A stretch of 64,000 nucleotides of DNA from Nostoc sp. DedSLP01 (GCA_034530875.2 JAVRCJ020000011.1:96001-160000); one strand, 5' to 3'. Positions 1-10,572 are shown, counted from the first letter of the stretch. The notes: generated by a model not told the origin, from the letters alone. Numbers and translations: made by a program.

Positions 1-1973
1 AAATCATTTACGCTTAAAATCGCCAAACAAACAGATTGCTGATTTTTCTCGGCTTGAGTAATTAAATGTTCTAAATTGCGACGAGAATGGAACTGATTCG
101 CTACTCCAGTTAAAGGATCTTTAGTAGAAAGCGACTGAAGTAAACGGCTGCGTTCTAGGCGATGGGTAATGCGTGCTAATAATTCTGCCCCAACAACAGG
201 TTTAATCACATAATCATCTCCCCCAACAGCAAACACCTGCTGTACAATTTTGATTTCTCGATGAGCAGTGAGAAACACAATCGGTAATTCTTGCCATTGA
301 GGATCGGTACGAACTGCTTGACAAAGTTCAATACCGTTGATTTGGGGCATATCTACATCTAAAATCAACAAATCCGGCGTAGTAGATTGCAGTACTTCCC
401 AGAAACGTAACGGATTGTCCAATGCTGTCATCCGCATCCCCCAAGGTTCTAACATTGGGCGCAGTGCTGCTAAAATCAGGGGGTCGTCATCTACTACCAA
501 TACATTTATTCGTAAGGAACGAGTACGTTGTAGTAGTTGAGACGAAACATCCCACACCTGAGCCGCTGTCACAGGTTTTACTAGAAAGCCACGCGCCCCG
601 CACTGAGCAAGAGTGACGCGTTCTACTAACTCATCATTTCCAGCTAGCACCAACACGGGTACGGGTGGAGTACGTGTTGCTAATTCTGATACTAATACTA
701 AACTTTCTTGGCGCTGCCCTACTTCATCGACATTTAGTACTACTAAATCTGGGGATGTAGTTTGCAAAAAGTTTTTAGCATCCTCTAAATTTATAATTTG
801 CTGCCAACACATTCCCGTGCATTCAACGAGTTTTTGCAACTGAGAACCTAGTTGTGGATTGGGGTCAATTAATATTAATTGGCTACAAATTTCTTGGGCG
901 ATCGCTGTAGTTTGATTATCTACCTTTTGCCCCATTTGATGAATTAATTTACCCAAATCTTGAATCAGCGTCAGCAATTGCCGCTTTTCACGTGAAGGCA
1001 AATCCCCATCTTTTCCTAAAATCTGTTCGATTTCCCGCGCTATCTGAGTGCCATTGTCTTGTTCAAACATCCCCAAGACACCAGCTAATTTGTGCGCCTC
1101 CCGTTCTGCGGATTTGCGTAATTCCTGAGTTAAGGTTTTGTTAGAAAGTCCAGCTGCCAATTGTTCCAGCACACCCAGCCGTTGCAACATCAACCCTTCA
1201 TATTGTTTCCACAAGCCACCCATTGCTTGTTGAAACTGCTCCTCAACAGGAGGACTTACAACTTGCGCTTTTTCTTTCTCCCCCTGCTTCCTCTGCTCTC
1301 CTTTTCCGGGATTCAGCCGATATCCCAAACCATATACGTTTTCAATCCAGTCTACGGCTCCAGCTGCTTTTAACTTTTGTCGTAAGTATTTGATGTGTGA
1401 TTTTATAGTTTCTTCTTGGGGCGGATCGTCAAAAGTCCACAAATGCTCAATGATATCGCCGCGACTAAAAACACGCGATGGATTGCGGAGAAATAACTCC
1501 ATTAAGCTGTATTCTTTGGCTGTTAATTCTAGTAGTTTGTTGTTATAGGTGACTTGGCAACTACTCGGATCTAGTCTGAGTGCGCCTACTTCTAGTATCG
1601 AGGTAATGGGGCGATCGCTTCGACGTAATAGCGCCCGTATCCTTGCTTGTAGTTCTCCCAAATCCAAAGGTTTAATCAGATAATCATCTGCACCTGCATC
1701 AAGTCCCTGAATCCGTTCTTGAGTACCATCTTTCGCCGTCATCAACAGAATCGGAGTAAAACACCCGCCAGAACGTAAGCGCTGACACAATGTAATTCCG
1801 TCCATTTTCGGCAATCCTACATCTATGAGCAACAGATCGTAGTTGGCATTTTGGGTGTATTCCCAACCAATTTGTCCGTCTTGTGCTATATCGACAACAT
1901 AGTGTTGTTTAGTCAGAGACTTCAACAAGACACTTGCTAAAATTTCTTCGTCTTCGATTAGCAAGATTCTCAT
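1..1973 (-). CDS. Multi-domain response regulator (OmpR-type REC + winged helix + Hpt + REC + REC + start of a GGDEF-like domain); 3' end runs off the window
   Basis: Translated by hand because it is absent from the ORF track. ATG at 1973 gives MRILLIEDEEILASVLLKSLTKQHYVVDIAQDG, with Hpt motif EAHKLAGVLGMF and C-terminal RLLQSLSTKDPLTGVANQ. Confidence 0.85.
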   Translation of the reverse strand, partial: MRILLIEDEEILASVLLKSLTKQHYVVDIAQDGQIGWEYTQNANYDLLLIDVGLPKMDGITLCQRLRSGGCFTPILLMTAKDGTQERIQGLDAGADDYLIKPLDLGELQARIRALLRRSDRPITSILEVGALRLDPSSCQVTYNNKLLELTAKEYSLMELFLRNPSRVFSRGDIIEHLWTFDDPPQEETIKSHIKYLRQKLKAAGAVDWIENVYGLGYRLNPGKGEQRKQGEKEKAQVVSPPVEEQFQQAMGGLWKQYEGLMLQRLGVLEQLAAGLSNKTLTQELRKSAEREAHKLAGVLGMFEQDNGTQIAREIEQILGKDGDLPSREKRQLLTLIQDLGKLIHQMGQKVDNQTTAIAQEICSQLILIDPNPQLGSQLQKLVECTGMCWQQIINLEDAKNFLQTTSPDLVVLNVDEVGQRQESLVLVSELATRTPPVPVLVLAGNDELVERVTLAQCGARGFLVKPVTAAQVWDVSSQLLQRTRSLRINVLVVDDDPLILAALRPMLEPWGMRMTALDNPLRFWEVLQSTTPDLLILDVDMPQINGIELCQAVRTDPQWQELPIVFLTAHREIKIVQQVFAVGGDDYVIKPVVGAELLARITHRLERSRLLQSLSTKDPLTGVANQFHSRRNLEHLITQAEKNQQSVCLAILSVND

Positions 1974-2135
1974 CGCACCCGTCCAATATATAACTTGCTA
2001 CCTTACCCACAAAAGATAGTAGACTAAATGGTTAATTTTCTACAACAAGAAAATATAAATAATCTCTTTAACACATATATAGGACTCATATTTGATTCGG
2101 TGAAAAAAACTCAGTACCCTTTTATTCCTTTTTAC

Positions 2136-2247
2136 GGCGTTGCATAATTACGGGATGACTTATCACGCAGAGGCGCTCTAGATGCGTAGAGAATAAGGAG
2201 TTCAAAATTTCAATACATCAAAATTCATCCCCTGATTCAGCAATGCC
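2136..2247. mobile_element. 112-bp MITE with imperfect terminal inverted repeats and 8-bp target duplication
   Basis: Ends GGCGTTGCATAATTACGGGATGA / TCATCCCCTGATTCAGCAATGCC, flanked by CTTTTTAC at 2128-2135 and 2248-2255. Confidence 0.8.
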
Positions 2248-2327
2248 CTTTTTACCTGTTCCCTGTTAAGAGTCTCTACGAGTAGTCCAGATTTGAAGAT
2301 TGAACATTAGCCATTAGGTATTAGCAA

Positions 2328-2360
2328 ATGACTAATGACCAATGACTAACGACTAAATAA
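2328..2360. repeat. STRR-type heptamer tract (ATGACTA/ATGACCA)
   Basis: Tandem atgacta-atgacca-atgacta-acgacta next to the carboxypeptidase stop. Confidence 0.7.
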
Positions 2361-4049
2361 CTAATGACCAAATGTCAATTCGGTACGAACAACTCCAGCC
2401 CTTTCGTGGCGGGCTAACAGTTTAACTGTACTACCTTGGGTTGCACGTACTAACCATTCTACCTTGGCGCGATCGCTGGTAGGGTCGCTTTGTCGCCTGC
2501 CGGGTGCTGAAGGTTTGTAGGCACGTCCTTCTAATTGACCTAACTCTTCACGCAGCTTACCTGTTACTAATGTTGCGCCATCAGGCAATTCAATTTCACA
2601 GATACAACCTCGTACCAGCTTTTTATCCAAGGCTTTTTGAGTGATGTATGTGGGTAACCAGCCTGTATTATGTATAACTAGTTGTACCTTATAAGTATCA
2701 TTACCCAAGTTTTTAACACTAGCTTCATAAATTTCTAAACGAGGCGAAATCAATAAATGCCATACCAGCCACTCAGGGAACAGGGCTATTTCTTTCTCTA
2801 GAAATTCTGGAGGTGGATTTGTCCAAGCGTACATTGTATCCCAACCGCCCAATTCAATTTTTCCGAGTTGGGGATGCTCGAAAGGATACCAATCTATATA
2901 GCCTTTCCCTGCGAGTTTTTCATCGCTCCAGCGCAGCAGTTTCAGGTCATCTTCTAGAGGGTGTTCTCGCCGCCAATCAATGTATTTATATTCAGCGATT
3001 CCGGCTTGGCGCTGGGGACTCCAAACTTCTACTGTCCAGGCAAATAAACCTTGATATTCATAAGCCCAGTCATCGAATGTACCTGTAATTACGTCTTTGG
3101 GGTCATAGCGAAACTCATGAAAAGCAGAAATCGCTGGGTATTGGGTGAGTTCGGTTCCTTTTTCGCCAATGCGTTGGTAGGTGCGGAGATCGTTAACTGG
3201 GAATTCATCATCGGCTAGGTGGGTGTAGGGACGGATGAGGACACCGCTAAAGGTATGAAAAGCGATCGCTCCGGTAATATTTGGATGTGTGGTGATAAAC
3301 TGAACGAGCGATCGGACTTCTGTTTCCGATGTCGGATAGGAACCAGCCCCCGGTTGTTCAAATTCTTGCCGCCACAAAGATGGAAAATTGCGGTTTAAGT
3401 CTAATCCTTCTTTGGTAGGCTGAATCTGAATCTGAACTCCGTCATAATTTTCTATTAATCCTTCTGGCAATAAGCGATAATACTGACCGCCGATTTCTGT
3501 TGGTTCCCTTCGCACCAATAAGCGTGGTTCGCTGGGGCAAACTTTCCAAGCACCGTTAGCATCAGGGATTCGCATCAGCAAAATCCGACCATCGCCATCG
3601 ATGTCTGATATCGCTAAACCCTCGTTGGGTTCTTCATTATATGGATACGGACGGGTACTTGAGCGAATAAATTTCGGCTTGTCAGCTAATGCCAACTCTG
3701 CACCATCGGGGTTAACGCGGGGACAAATGTAGAAAGTGCGCGTATCCAAACAACGGGTAATTTCTGGGTCAGTGCCGTAGGCTGTAACTAATGTTTGCAA
3801 AAAGTACAGACAAACACTCGACGGCGCTAGTTCGGTGGCGTGGATGTTACCATCAATCCAAAGGGCAGGTTTTTCTACATCTAAACCGGTAGCGAAGTTC
3901 GTAACTGTCAATAGCCAGATGTCGCGTTCTTCGTAACTCTTGCCGATGCTTTCGATGCGTATTAATTGCGGAAATTCCTCAGCATAAGCGTGCAGAATGC
4001 CTGTTAAGTCTTCGTAACGGTAGTATTTATCAAACCGAACGTTTGGCAT
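2361..4049 (-). CDS. M14 family zinc carboxypeptidase
   Basis: GNIHATE zinc motif, DLNRNFP, FHTFSG; 562 aa. Confidence 0.92.
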   Translation of the reverse strand: MPNVRFDKYYRYEDLTGILHAYAEEFPQLIRIESIGKSYEERDIWLLTVTNFATGLDVEKPALWIDGNIHATELAPSSVCLYFLQTLVTAYGTDPEITRCLDTRTFYICPRVNPDGAELALADKPKFIRSSTRPYPYNEEPNEGLAISDIDGDGRILLMRIPDANGAWKVCPSEPRLLVRREPTEIGGQYYRLLPEGLIENYDGVQIQIQPTKEGLDLNRNFPSLWRQEFEQPGAGSYPTSETEVRSLVQFITTHPNITGAIAFHTFSGVLIRPYTHLADDEFPVNDLRTYQRIGEKGTELTQYPAISAFHEFRYDPKDVITGTFDDWAYEYQGLFAWTVEVWSPQRQAGIAEYKYIDWRREHPLEDDLKLLRWSDEKLAGKGYIDWYPFEHPQLGKIELGGWDTMYAWTNPPPEFLEKEIALFPEWLVWHLLISPRLEIYEASVKNLGNDTYKVQLVIHNTGWLPTYITQKALDKKLVRGCICEIELPDGATLVTGKLREELGQLEGRAYKPSAPGRRQSDPTSDRAKVEWLVRATQGSTVKLLARHERAGVVRTELTFGH

Positions 4050-4137
4050 AAGTAAACCTCAGTATGCACCCTCAGATCGTAATCTACAATATCACCGACG
4101 GAAAACAGGGTGTGAGGTATAGGGAAAGAACGCAAAG

Positions 4138-4163
4138 TAGGGGCGCAAAGCTTTGCGCCCCTA
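4138..4163. repeat. REP-like perfect palindrome
   Basis: TAGGGGCGCAAAGCTTTGCGCCCCTA is self-complementary over 26 bp and preceded by G (GTAG start). Confidence 0.75.
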
Positions 4164-4603
4164 AAAATTTCTGTACCTTATTTGATTGGAAAGCGCTATC
4201 AGGGAATTTATTAAATAATTATTAACAATATATATAATTCTGAATTTTATGCCTGAAACTCATTAATAAGGAGGCTAAATAATCAAATATAATTTAGCAA
4301 TCTCAGCCTGGAAGTGCTAACTTCTAATCAAAATTTAACAATCAATAATTCAGGAGTCATTCGGCAGAATTCTCTAATTTAATTTTGTGGGAATTGTGAA
4401 TTTAGCTTGCTTTAGTCTTGGAGCAAAAACCGATTTAATTTCTGTGTTGGCTGCGTTCTAAATGCATAATTTTTGAATTCTGTTTTGATACTTATGGCAT
4501 AGACATGGATTAGTCTTTTTCTAGATGCCTGAGATATTTGTCACACATTACTTTAAAAATAAAAACTTTTTACCGCGAGTAATGAAAAACTGGGAGGATT
4601 GCA

Positions 4604-4954
4604 ATGAAATACACTTTTGATATTGTAGGAGTATCTCCACTTTTGCAGTTTTTTAACCACCAACAACAGATTTGGCAACAGCCATCCCGTCACGGCGTAG
4701 AATATTTGGGAATGCATACTTGTACGCTAGATACATTCCTGCAATCTCTAGAATCAGTTCCAGTACAGGGGGGTTGGAATATGGATCGAGTTGTAGATAC
4801 AGTGATTCAGTTTTGGGTGAATAACTCAGACAGTATTCATTATTGGAAACAATGTTTGAGTAATGCAGGTAAAGATAATTTGTTGGTAACAAGGTTGGCG
4901 GATATAACTGCTTTACAAGCTGAATTTGAATCCTTACTAGAAAAAGATATATAG
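4604..4954 (+). CDS. Conserved cyanobacterial hypothetical protein
   Basis: GGAGG RBS 5-6 nt before ATG; 116-aa protein-like sequence MKYTFDIVGVSPLLQFF. Confidence 0.8.
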   Translation: MKYTFDIVGVSPLLQFFNHQQQIWQQPSRHGVEYLGMHTCTLDTFLQSLESVPVQGGWNMDRVVDTVIQFWVNNSDSIHYWKQCLSNAGKDNLLVTRLADITALQAEFESLLEKDI

Positions 4955-5051
4955 CAGTTCTAAATCCTTGTTAAAAGGGAACAGAAAACGGGCAATAGAC
5001 AAGGAAAAAATCTTCATAATTAAAATTGCATTGGTGTCAAAACGTATAACC

Positions 5052-5208
5052 GATGTCCCACAAGTAACTGAAGTTCCTTGCTCATAGCAAAAGTCATCTT
5101 TAGATGACTGAATTCTTCAATAATCTTTAGTCTACTTCAGTAGACTTGAGCTATTAGCCAGATAATTTATTCTCTGACGGGTGAGGAAGCCAACACTTCT
5201 CAGACATC
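5052..5208. repeat. MITE/REP-like palindromic element
   Basis: Internal hairpins AGTCATCT-TT-AGATGACT and AGTCTAC-TTCA-GTAGACT; ends GATGTC..AAGT / ACTT..GACATC. Confidence 0.5.
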
Positions 5209-5307
5209 CTCTGAGAGGTTGAACTCATTCAACGCCTATTAAAAGAACGATCGCTCGTTCTGGTTTTCTAAAATTACCGTGGGATTGAAAGCTATTAGTC
5301 ATTAATA

Positions 5308-5350
5308 CCAATGACCAATGACTAATGGCTACTGACTACTGACTACTGAT
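5308..5350. repeat. STRR-type heptamer tract
   Basis: ccaatga-ccaatga-ctaatgg-ctactga-ctactga-ctactga. Confidence 0.75.
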
Positions 5351-5634
5351 ACAGACTTTACTTACGTGTATCGATCCAATTCCCAGACTTAGTACTTGCG
5401 TGTCGTTTCAGGTTAAGCATTGTTCTATTCTGGAAACTGTTGTAAATTGAAGCTTTGAAGCTGAAAAATGCTTAGAGTTTATAACTTAGTCGTGTCAAAT
5501 ATTGCTCTAAGTATTGACAATTTAAAAATAATCGAATAACAAGGTGGCAGCAGCTTTAAAAAAAAAGCGTTAGTGCATTCCTACCTAGAAACTAATTAAC
5601 GCCCTTCAAGAAAATTCATACGGAAAAGATAATT

Positions 5635-5871
5635 ATGCCAGAAAATACTGAATACAAAGCTTCCAAATCAGGTAATCAGTCTATTGCCTACAAAGAGCGC
5701 CTGAATTCTTGGGCAATAGCTCGTTTACTTCCTGATACGCAACGGGAAATTGTTGCTCGTTTCCGCAGTCGTTCTGATGCAGATGGTTATATACAGCACT
5801 TACGTCAAGAAATTCCCAATGCTTGTTTTATGGTTGTCTTTGATTGTCAACGTGAAGAAGCTGTGAATTAA
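5635..5871 (+). CDS. Small cyanobacterial hypothetical protein
   Basis: 78 aa; W..ARLLP..QR.IVARFR.R.DA....FD pattern recalled from a common small cyanobacterial family. Confidence 0.7.
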   Translation: MPENTEYKASKSGNQSIAYKERLNSWAIARLLPDTQREIVARFRSRSDADGYIQHLRQEIPNACFMVVFDCQREEAVN

Positions 5872-6393
5872 TCGCGGGTTATTTTGAAGGTTTGGATGGA
5901 GGAAACTCCATCCGATAAAAAAATTCTTGTTTTTCTCTTGTTTTTCTATATGCGCTCTTGAGCTGGAAAATAGAGACTAGCTATAAAGAGCGATCGCTGA
6001 CAAAAATGCTGGCTAAAATTTCATAGGTCTCAATTGACATCCACGCTTCACTTCAAAACCTGAAATCGATTGAGAAAGAGCGCAAAAAGACAAGCACAGC
6101 ACAAAGACATTTATCGCGGGGAACAAGGAATAGGGTTAACTCTGAATATTTAGCTTTTTCCTCAACATTTGTACCTCATTTATCTGGAATTTGCCGTATT
6201 TTCAGTCCTGTGAAAATTTCTGGTTTTCTCGACAGCGTGCAAAAGTTATAGGTCTTGATAGTTAATTTTTATTAAAAAGACAAATTTTTTCTTCAAAGAA
6301 ATTCCGTAATTATACCCTTGCCATTAATAATTTAGATTACTTAAAAGTGAAAGTTAGTATAATAAAACCCTAAAAGTGCTGGAGGGTTAATAA

Positions 6394-9300
6394 GTGGTGA
6401 AACAGCACCGCCGTGATTGGTTAAAAGCTGTGAAATTTTGCCGCCAACTTGAATTCCTAGCACTATTACTAGGGATTTTATGTGCTATTTCCGTAATTTT
6501 ACTATGGCAGAAACTCTCATTATCAATTGTGTTCTCAACGCAATTGATAATAATTGCTGGCTTACTTTTTACCAGCACAGTAATAGTATCAATTTTTTTT
6601 GCCCTCTTGGTGAAAACAAGTAATCAGCGGATAACAGCAATAAATCAAAAATTAATTCAGAGGATTTACGAACAAGAAAAGATAGAAATTGACCTCCGCG
6701 CCAGTGAAAATCGCCTGCGGCAGCTGTTGGAAACTGTTAAGGTGATTCCTTGGGAATTAGATTTGAAAACTGGGCGATTTATCTATGTCGGACCGCAAGC
6801 AGTAGATTTACTAAATTATCCCATTGCCCAGTGGTATGAAGAAAATTTTTGGATCGATCGCTTACATCCATACGACCGAGAAAAATCTGTGCGTTTTTGT
6901 CAACAAGCAACTGCTAGGTGCGAAAACCATCAATTAGAATACCGGATGTTAGCAGCTGACGGACGAGTTGTTTGGCTGCGAAATATTGTGACGGTAGTTC
7001 CCGAAGCAGGAACTCCTACGCTGCTGAGGGGTTTTATGTTTGACATTACTGATTTGAAGTTGCTTGAAGAAACCCTGAGGCTCAGAGAGAGGGCGCTTGC
7101 TGCTACCAGTAATGGAATTATTATTGCCGATGCCAGACTTGCGTATACTCCCGTTATTTATGCCAATCCTGCCTTTGAGCGAATCACAGGTTATAGTACC
7201 ACTGATGCGATCGGGCAAAACTGTCGATTTTTGCAAGGCTTAGATACTGAGCAACCAGCACTCAATGAACTAAGGTCAGCTATTAAAGCGGGGACAAGTT
7301 GCAAAGTGATTCTCCGCAATTATCGCAAAAATGGCACCTTATTCTGGAATGAATTGAGTATTTCTCCCATATATGATGAAAATCACAAGTTAAGTCACTT
7401 CATCGGCATTCAGAGAGATGTGAGCGATATGTACGACGAGCTTCGCTTACGCAAACTTGCCGAAGCCCAATTGCGTCACCAAGCCCTCACTTTTGAAAAC
7501 ATGCATGATGGCGTAATTATCACAGATCTAAGAGGAAGTATTATTGATTGGAATCCTGCGGCGGAAAGTATGTTTGGCTACACCAAAGCCGAGGTTTTGG
7601 GTAAATCTCCAAGTATTTTACATAAATCAGAACAAGCCCCAGAACTGACGAACAAAGTACTTGAAGAACTAAACCAAAAAGGACGCTGGTCAGGAGAAAT
7701 AAATTTTGTCAGAAAAGACGGCAGTCAGGGTATTTGTGAAACAACTGTAGTCTGTTTGCACAACGAACAGGGAGAACTTGTTGCTACTGTTGGTGTCAAT
7801 CACGACATTACCGAAAACAAACGAGCTAAAGAAGCACTGCAAAGGCAATTGCATCGCACCTTACTACTCGAACAAATTACTCAAGAAATTCGTCAATGTC
7901 TGGATACAAGCAAAATTTTTCAGACGGCTGCAACTCAAATTGGCAAGGCTTTTCAAGTCGATCGCTGTCTAATTCATTCTTACATTCAAGACTCAATACC
8001 GCGAATTCCCTTAGTTGCAGAGTATAATCTTCTTCCCGGCTACTGCTCGATATTGAACTTAGAGGTTTTGATAACTAATTCATATACCGAGCAGATGATG
8101 GCACAAGAGGGTGCGATCGCTTGCCCAGATGTCTATGTTGATGCTTTACTCCAGGACGCTGAACCTACCTGCCGGGAAATCGGACTCAAATCTATGCTCT
8201 GCGTGCGCACTTCTTATCAGGGAGAACCAAATGGCGGTATAATTTTGCACCAATGTAGCAATTTTCGCCAGTGGACACAAGAGGAAATTGAATTATTAGA
8301 AGCAGTGGCAGCTCAGTTGGGTATTGCTTTAGCGCAAGCTCAGTTACTAGAACAAGAAACCAAGCAACGCGAAGAGCTAACTTTGAAAAACTTTGCCCTG
8401 GAGCGAGCAAAACGCGATGCAGAAACCGCAAATCGCGCTAAAAGTGAGTTTTTGGCGATGATGAGCCACGAAATTCGCACTCCTATGAATGCCGTTATTG
8501 CAATGACAGGTCTTTTGCTAGATACTAACCTTACACTCCAACAGCGAGACTTTGTGGAAACAGTGCGTAGCAGTGGAGATGCTTTGCTCACCATCATCAA
8601 TGACATTTTAGATTTCTCTAAAATTGAGTCGGGTAAGTTGGAATTAGAAGCACAGCCTTTTAATTTAAGGGCTTGTGTAGAACAAGCTATCTACCTTTTA
8701 GCTCCAAAAGCTGCCCAAAAAGATATCGAATTAGCTTACTTGATTCAACCGGAAGTTCCCATTCACATCATTGGCGATTTAACTCGTCTTCGCCAAGTCT
8801 TGATGAACCTGCTCAACAATGCGATCAAATTTACTGAAAGCGGAGAAGTAGTACTTTCCGTGGAATTGGGGACTGGCGATAAGGAGATAAGAAGATGGGG
8901 AGATGGGGAGAAGAACGAAACTACACTCAGCGCCTCAAGACCCCAACTAGCACATTCCCAGTCCCCAGTCCAAATTCAATTTGCCATTAAAGACACAGGT
9001 ATTGGCATTGCGCCAGAAAAAATAGAACGGCTATTTCAACCCTTCACTCAGGCTGATGTTTCCATGACTCGACGATATGGCGGTACAGGACTCGGGCTAG
9101 TAATCAGCAAGCGGCTGAGTCAGATGATGGGGGGTACTCTTTGGGTAGAAAGTCAGGGATTTGTTGGTGGCAATCCTGGTTCTAGATGGAAAAGTAGCAA
9201 ACTTTCATCTTTGCATTCTTCCCAAGGTTCAACATTCTACTTCACTATTAAAGTCGAAGTGGCTGATGTGGCAGAACAAGCTGAATTTAACACTTTGTTA

Positions 9301-10572
9301 GTGGATTTGGCTGGAAAGCGGCTGTTGATTGTGGACGATAATCTCACCAACCGCACAATTCTCAGCTGGCAAGCAGAGTCTTGGAAGATGCAAACTTATG
9401 CTGCCAAATCTGGCAAAGAAGCTTTAGCCCAACTTGCTCAAGGAGCATTTGATATTGCAATTTTAGATATGGAGATGCCAGAAATGGATGGTTTAACCCT
9501 GGCTCGTCAAATCCGCAAGCAATTCGGCTGTGAAAATCTGCCTTTGGTAATGTTGACTTCTTTGGGTAGAGTTGAAACTTCTCTCGAGTTTGGCGATGTG
9601 CAGTTTGCTGCCTCTTTAAGCAAACCGATTAAACAGTCCCAATTGTACGATGTTATTACCCGTGTTTTGGGTAATCAACCGATTTTTGCCAGTATTTCTC
9701 ATTCCTATTCTCCCTCCATCGATCGGTTTTTGGGACATCGATTTCCACTGCGAATTTTGCTGGCAGAGGACACCGATGTTAATCAGAAAGTTGCTCTATT
9801 AATGCTAGAAAAAATGAGCTATCAGGCAGATGTGGTCAGCAATGGGCTAGAAGTGCTAAAAGCCTTGCGAGAAAAGCCTTATGACGTAGTTTTGATGGAC
9901 GTCCACATGCCCGAAATGGATGGGTTAGAAGCAACTGTGAGAATTTGTCAAGAATGGGAAGTTGGTTTTCGTCCTTATATCATTGCGATTACTGCCAATG
10001 CTATGCGGGGCGATCGCGAAGTTTGTCTGGCTGCTGGTATGGATGACTACATTAGTAAACCCGTGCAGTTGGAAGATTTAGCGCAAGCACTCAGTAAATG
10101 CCCGCCTCAAAGAAGTTCTCGATTCAATTCTATTGCCAAACAAGATGCAGGATTCCTAAAAGAATTGTCACCTCCGGCAAAGATCCTCCCAGAGAAAGAC
10201 AGCCAAGCATTGAATGACGTCAAACTTGATGCCAAAATTATCAAATCCTTACGCAATATCCTCAGAGGCGATCGCTTGGCATTTGCAGAATTGATAGAGT
10301 GTTATCTCGCAGAGACTCCTAGATTGGTGGAAAATATCAGTACAGCGATCGTAACTGAGGATATCCAGACTCTATGGAAGGCAGCACACCAACTCAAATC
10401 AAGCAGTGCTTGTGTAGGAGCGATCGCCCTGGCACAACTCTGTAAACAATTAGAAGCACAAGGAAGGAGCAATAACTTCCAAGGCAGCCTAGAAATTATA
10501 TCACAACTACACCAAGAATATGAATATGTTAAAACCGCTTTACAAAAGGAACTTGTCAAGGAAGGACAATGA
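6394..10572 (+). CDS. Membrane hybrid sensor histidine kinase: 2 TM, PAS, LOV, PAS, GAF, HisKA/HATPase, REC, REC, Hpt
   Basis: GQNCRFLQG LOV motif; FLAMMSHEIRTPMN H-box; NLLNNAIKFT, DTGIGI, GGTGLGL; two REC domains; AHQLKSSS Hpt. Confidence 0.95.
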   Translation: MVKQHRRDWLKAVKFCRQLEFLALLLGILCAISVILLWQKLSLSIVFSTQLIIIAGLLFTSTVIVSIFFALLVKTSNQRITAINQKLIQRIYEQEKIEIDLRASENRLRQLLETVKVIPWELDLKTGRFIYVGPQAVDLLNYPIAQWYEENFWIDRLHPYDREKSVRFCQQATARCENHQLEYRMLAADGRVVWLRNIVTVVPEAGTPTLLRGFMFDITDLKLLEETLRLRERALAATSNGIIIADARLAYTPVIYANPAFERITGYSTTDAIGQNCRFLQGLDTEQPALNELRSAIKAGTSCKVILRNYRKNGTLFWNELSISPIYDENHKLSHFIGIQRDVSDMYDELRLRKLAEAQLRHQALTFENMHDGVIITDLRGSIIDWNPAAESMFGYTKAEVLGKSPSILHKSEQAPELTNKVLEELNQKGRWSGEINFVRKDGSQGICETTVVCLHNEQGELVATVGVNHDITENKRAKEALQRQLHRTLLLEQITQEIRQCLDTSKIFQTAATQIGKAFQVDRCLIHSYIQDSIPRIPLVAEYNLLPGYCSILNLEVLITNSYTEQMMAQEGAIACPDVYVDALLQDAEPTCREIGLKSMLCVRTSYQGEPNGGIILHQCSNFRQWTQEEIELLEAVAAQLGIALAQAQLLEQETKQREELTLKNFALERAKRDAETANRAKSEFLAMMSHEIRTPMNAVIAMTGLLLDTNLTLQQRDFVETVRSSGDALLTIINDILDFSKIESGKLELEAQPFNLRACVEQAIYLLAPKAAQKDIELAYLIQPEVPIHIIGDLTRLRQVLMNLLNNAIKFTESGEVVLSVELGTGDKEIRRWGDGEKNETTLSASRPQLAHSQSPVQIQFAIKDTGIGIAPEKIERLFQPFTQADVSMTRRYGGTGLGLVISKRLSQMMGGTLWVESQGFVGGNPGSRWKSSKLSSLHSSQGSTFYFTIKVEVADVAEQAEFNTLLVDLAGKRLLIVDDNLTNRTILSWQAESWKMQTYAAKSGKEALAQLAQGAFDIAILDMEMPEMDGLTLARQIRKQFGCENLPLVMLTSLGRVETSLEFGDVQFAASLSKPIKQSQLYDVITRVLGNQPIFASISHSYSPSIDRFLGHRFPLRILLAEDTDVNQKVALLMLEKMSYQADVVSNGLEVLKALREKPYDVVLMDVHMPEMDGLEATVRICQEWEVGFRPYIIAITANAMRGDREVCLAAGMDDYISKPVQLEDLAQALSKCPPQRSSRFNSIAKQDAGFLKELSPPAKILPEKDSQALNDVKLDAKIIKSLRNILRGDRLAFAELIECYLAETPRLVENISTAIVTEDIQTLWKAAHQLKSSSACVGAIALAQLCKQLEAQGRSNNFQGSLEIISQLHQEYEYVKTALQKELVKEGQ

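Noticed and set aside
337..1373. Plus-strand short ORFs
   Set aside because: Antisense shadows of the minus-strand response regulator.
7870..8340. GAF domain of the hybrid kinase as a cyanobacteriochrome
   Set aside because: No CH or DXCF bilin-binding motif at the expected positions.
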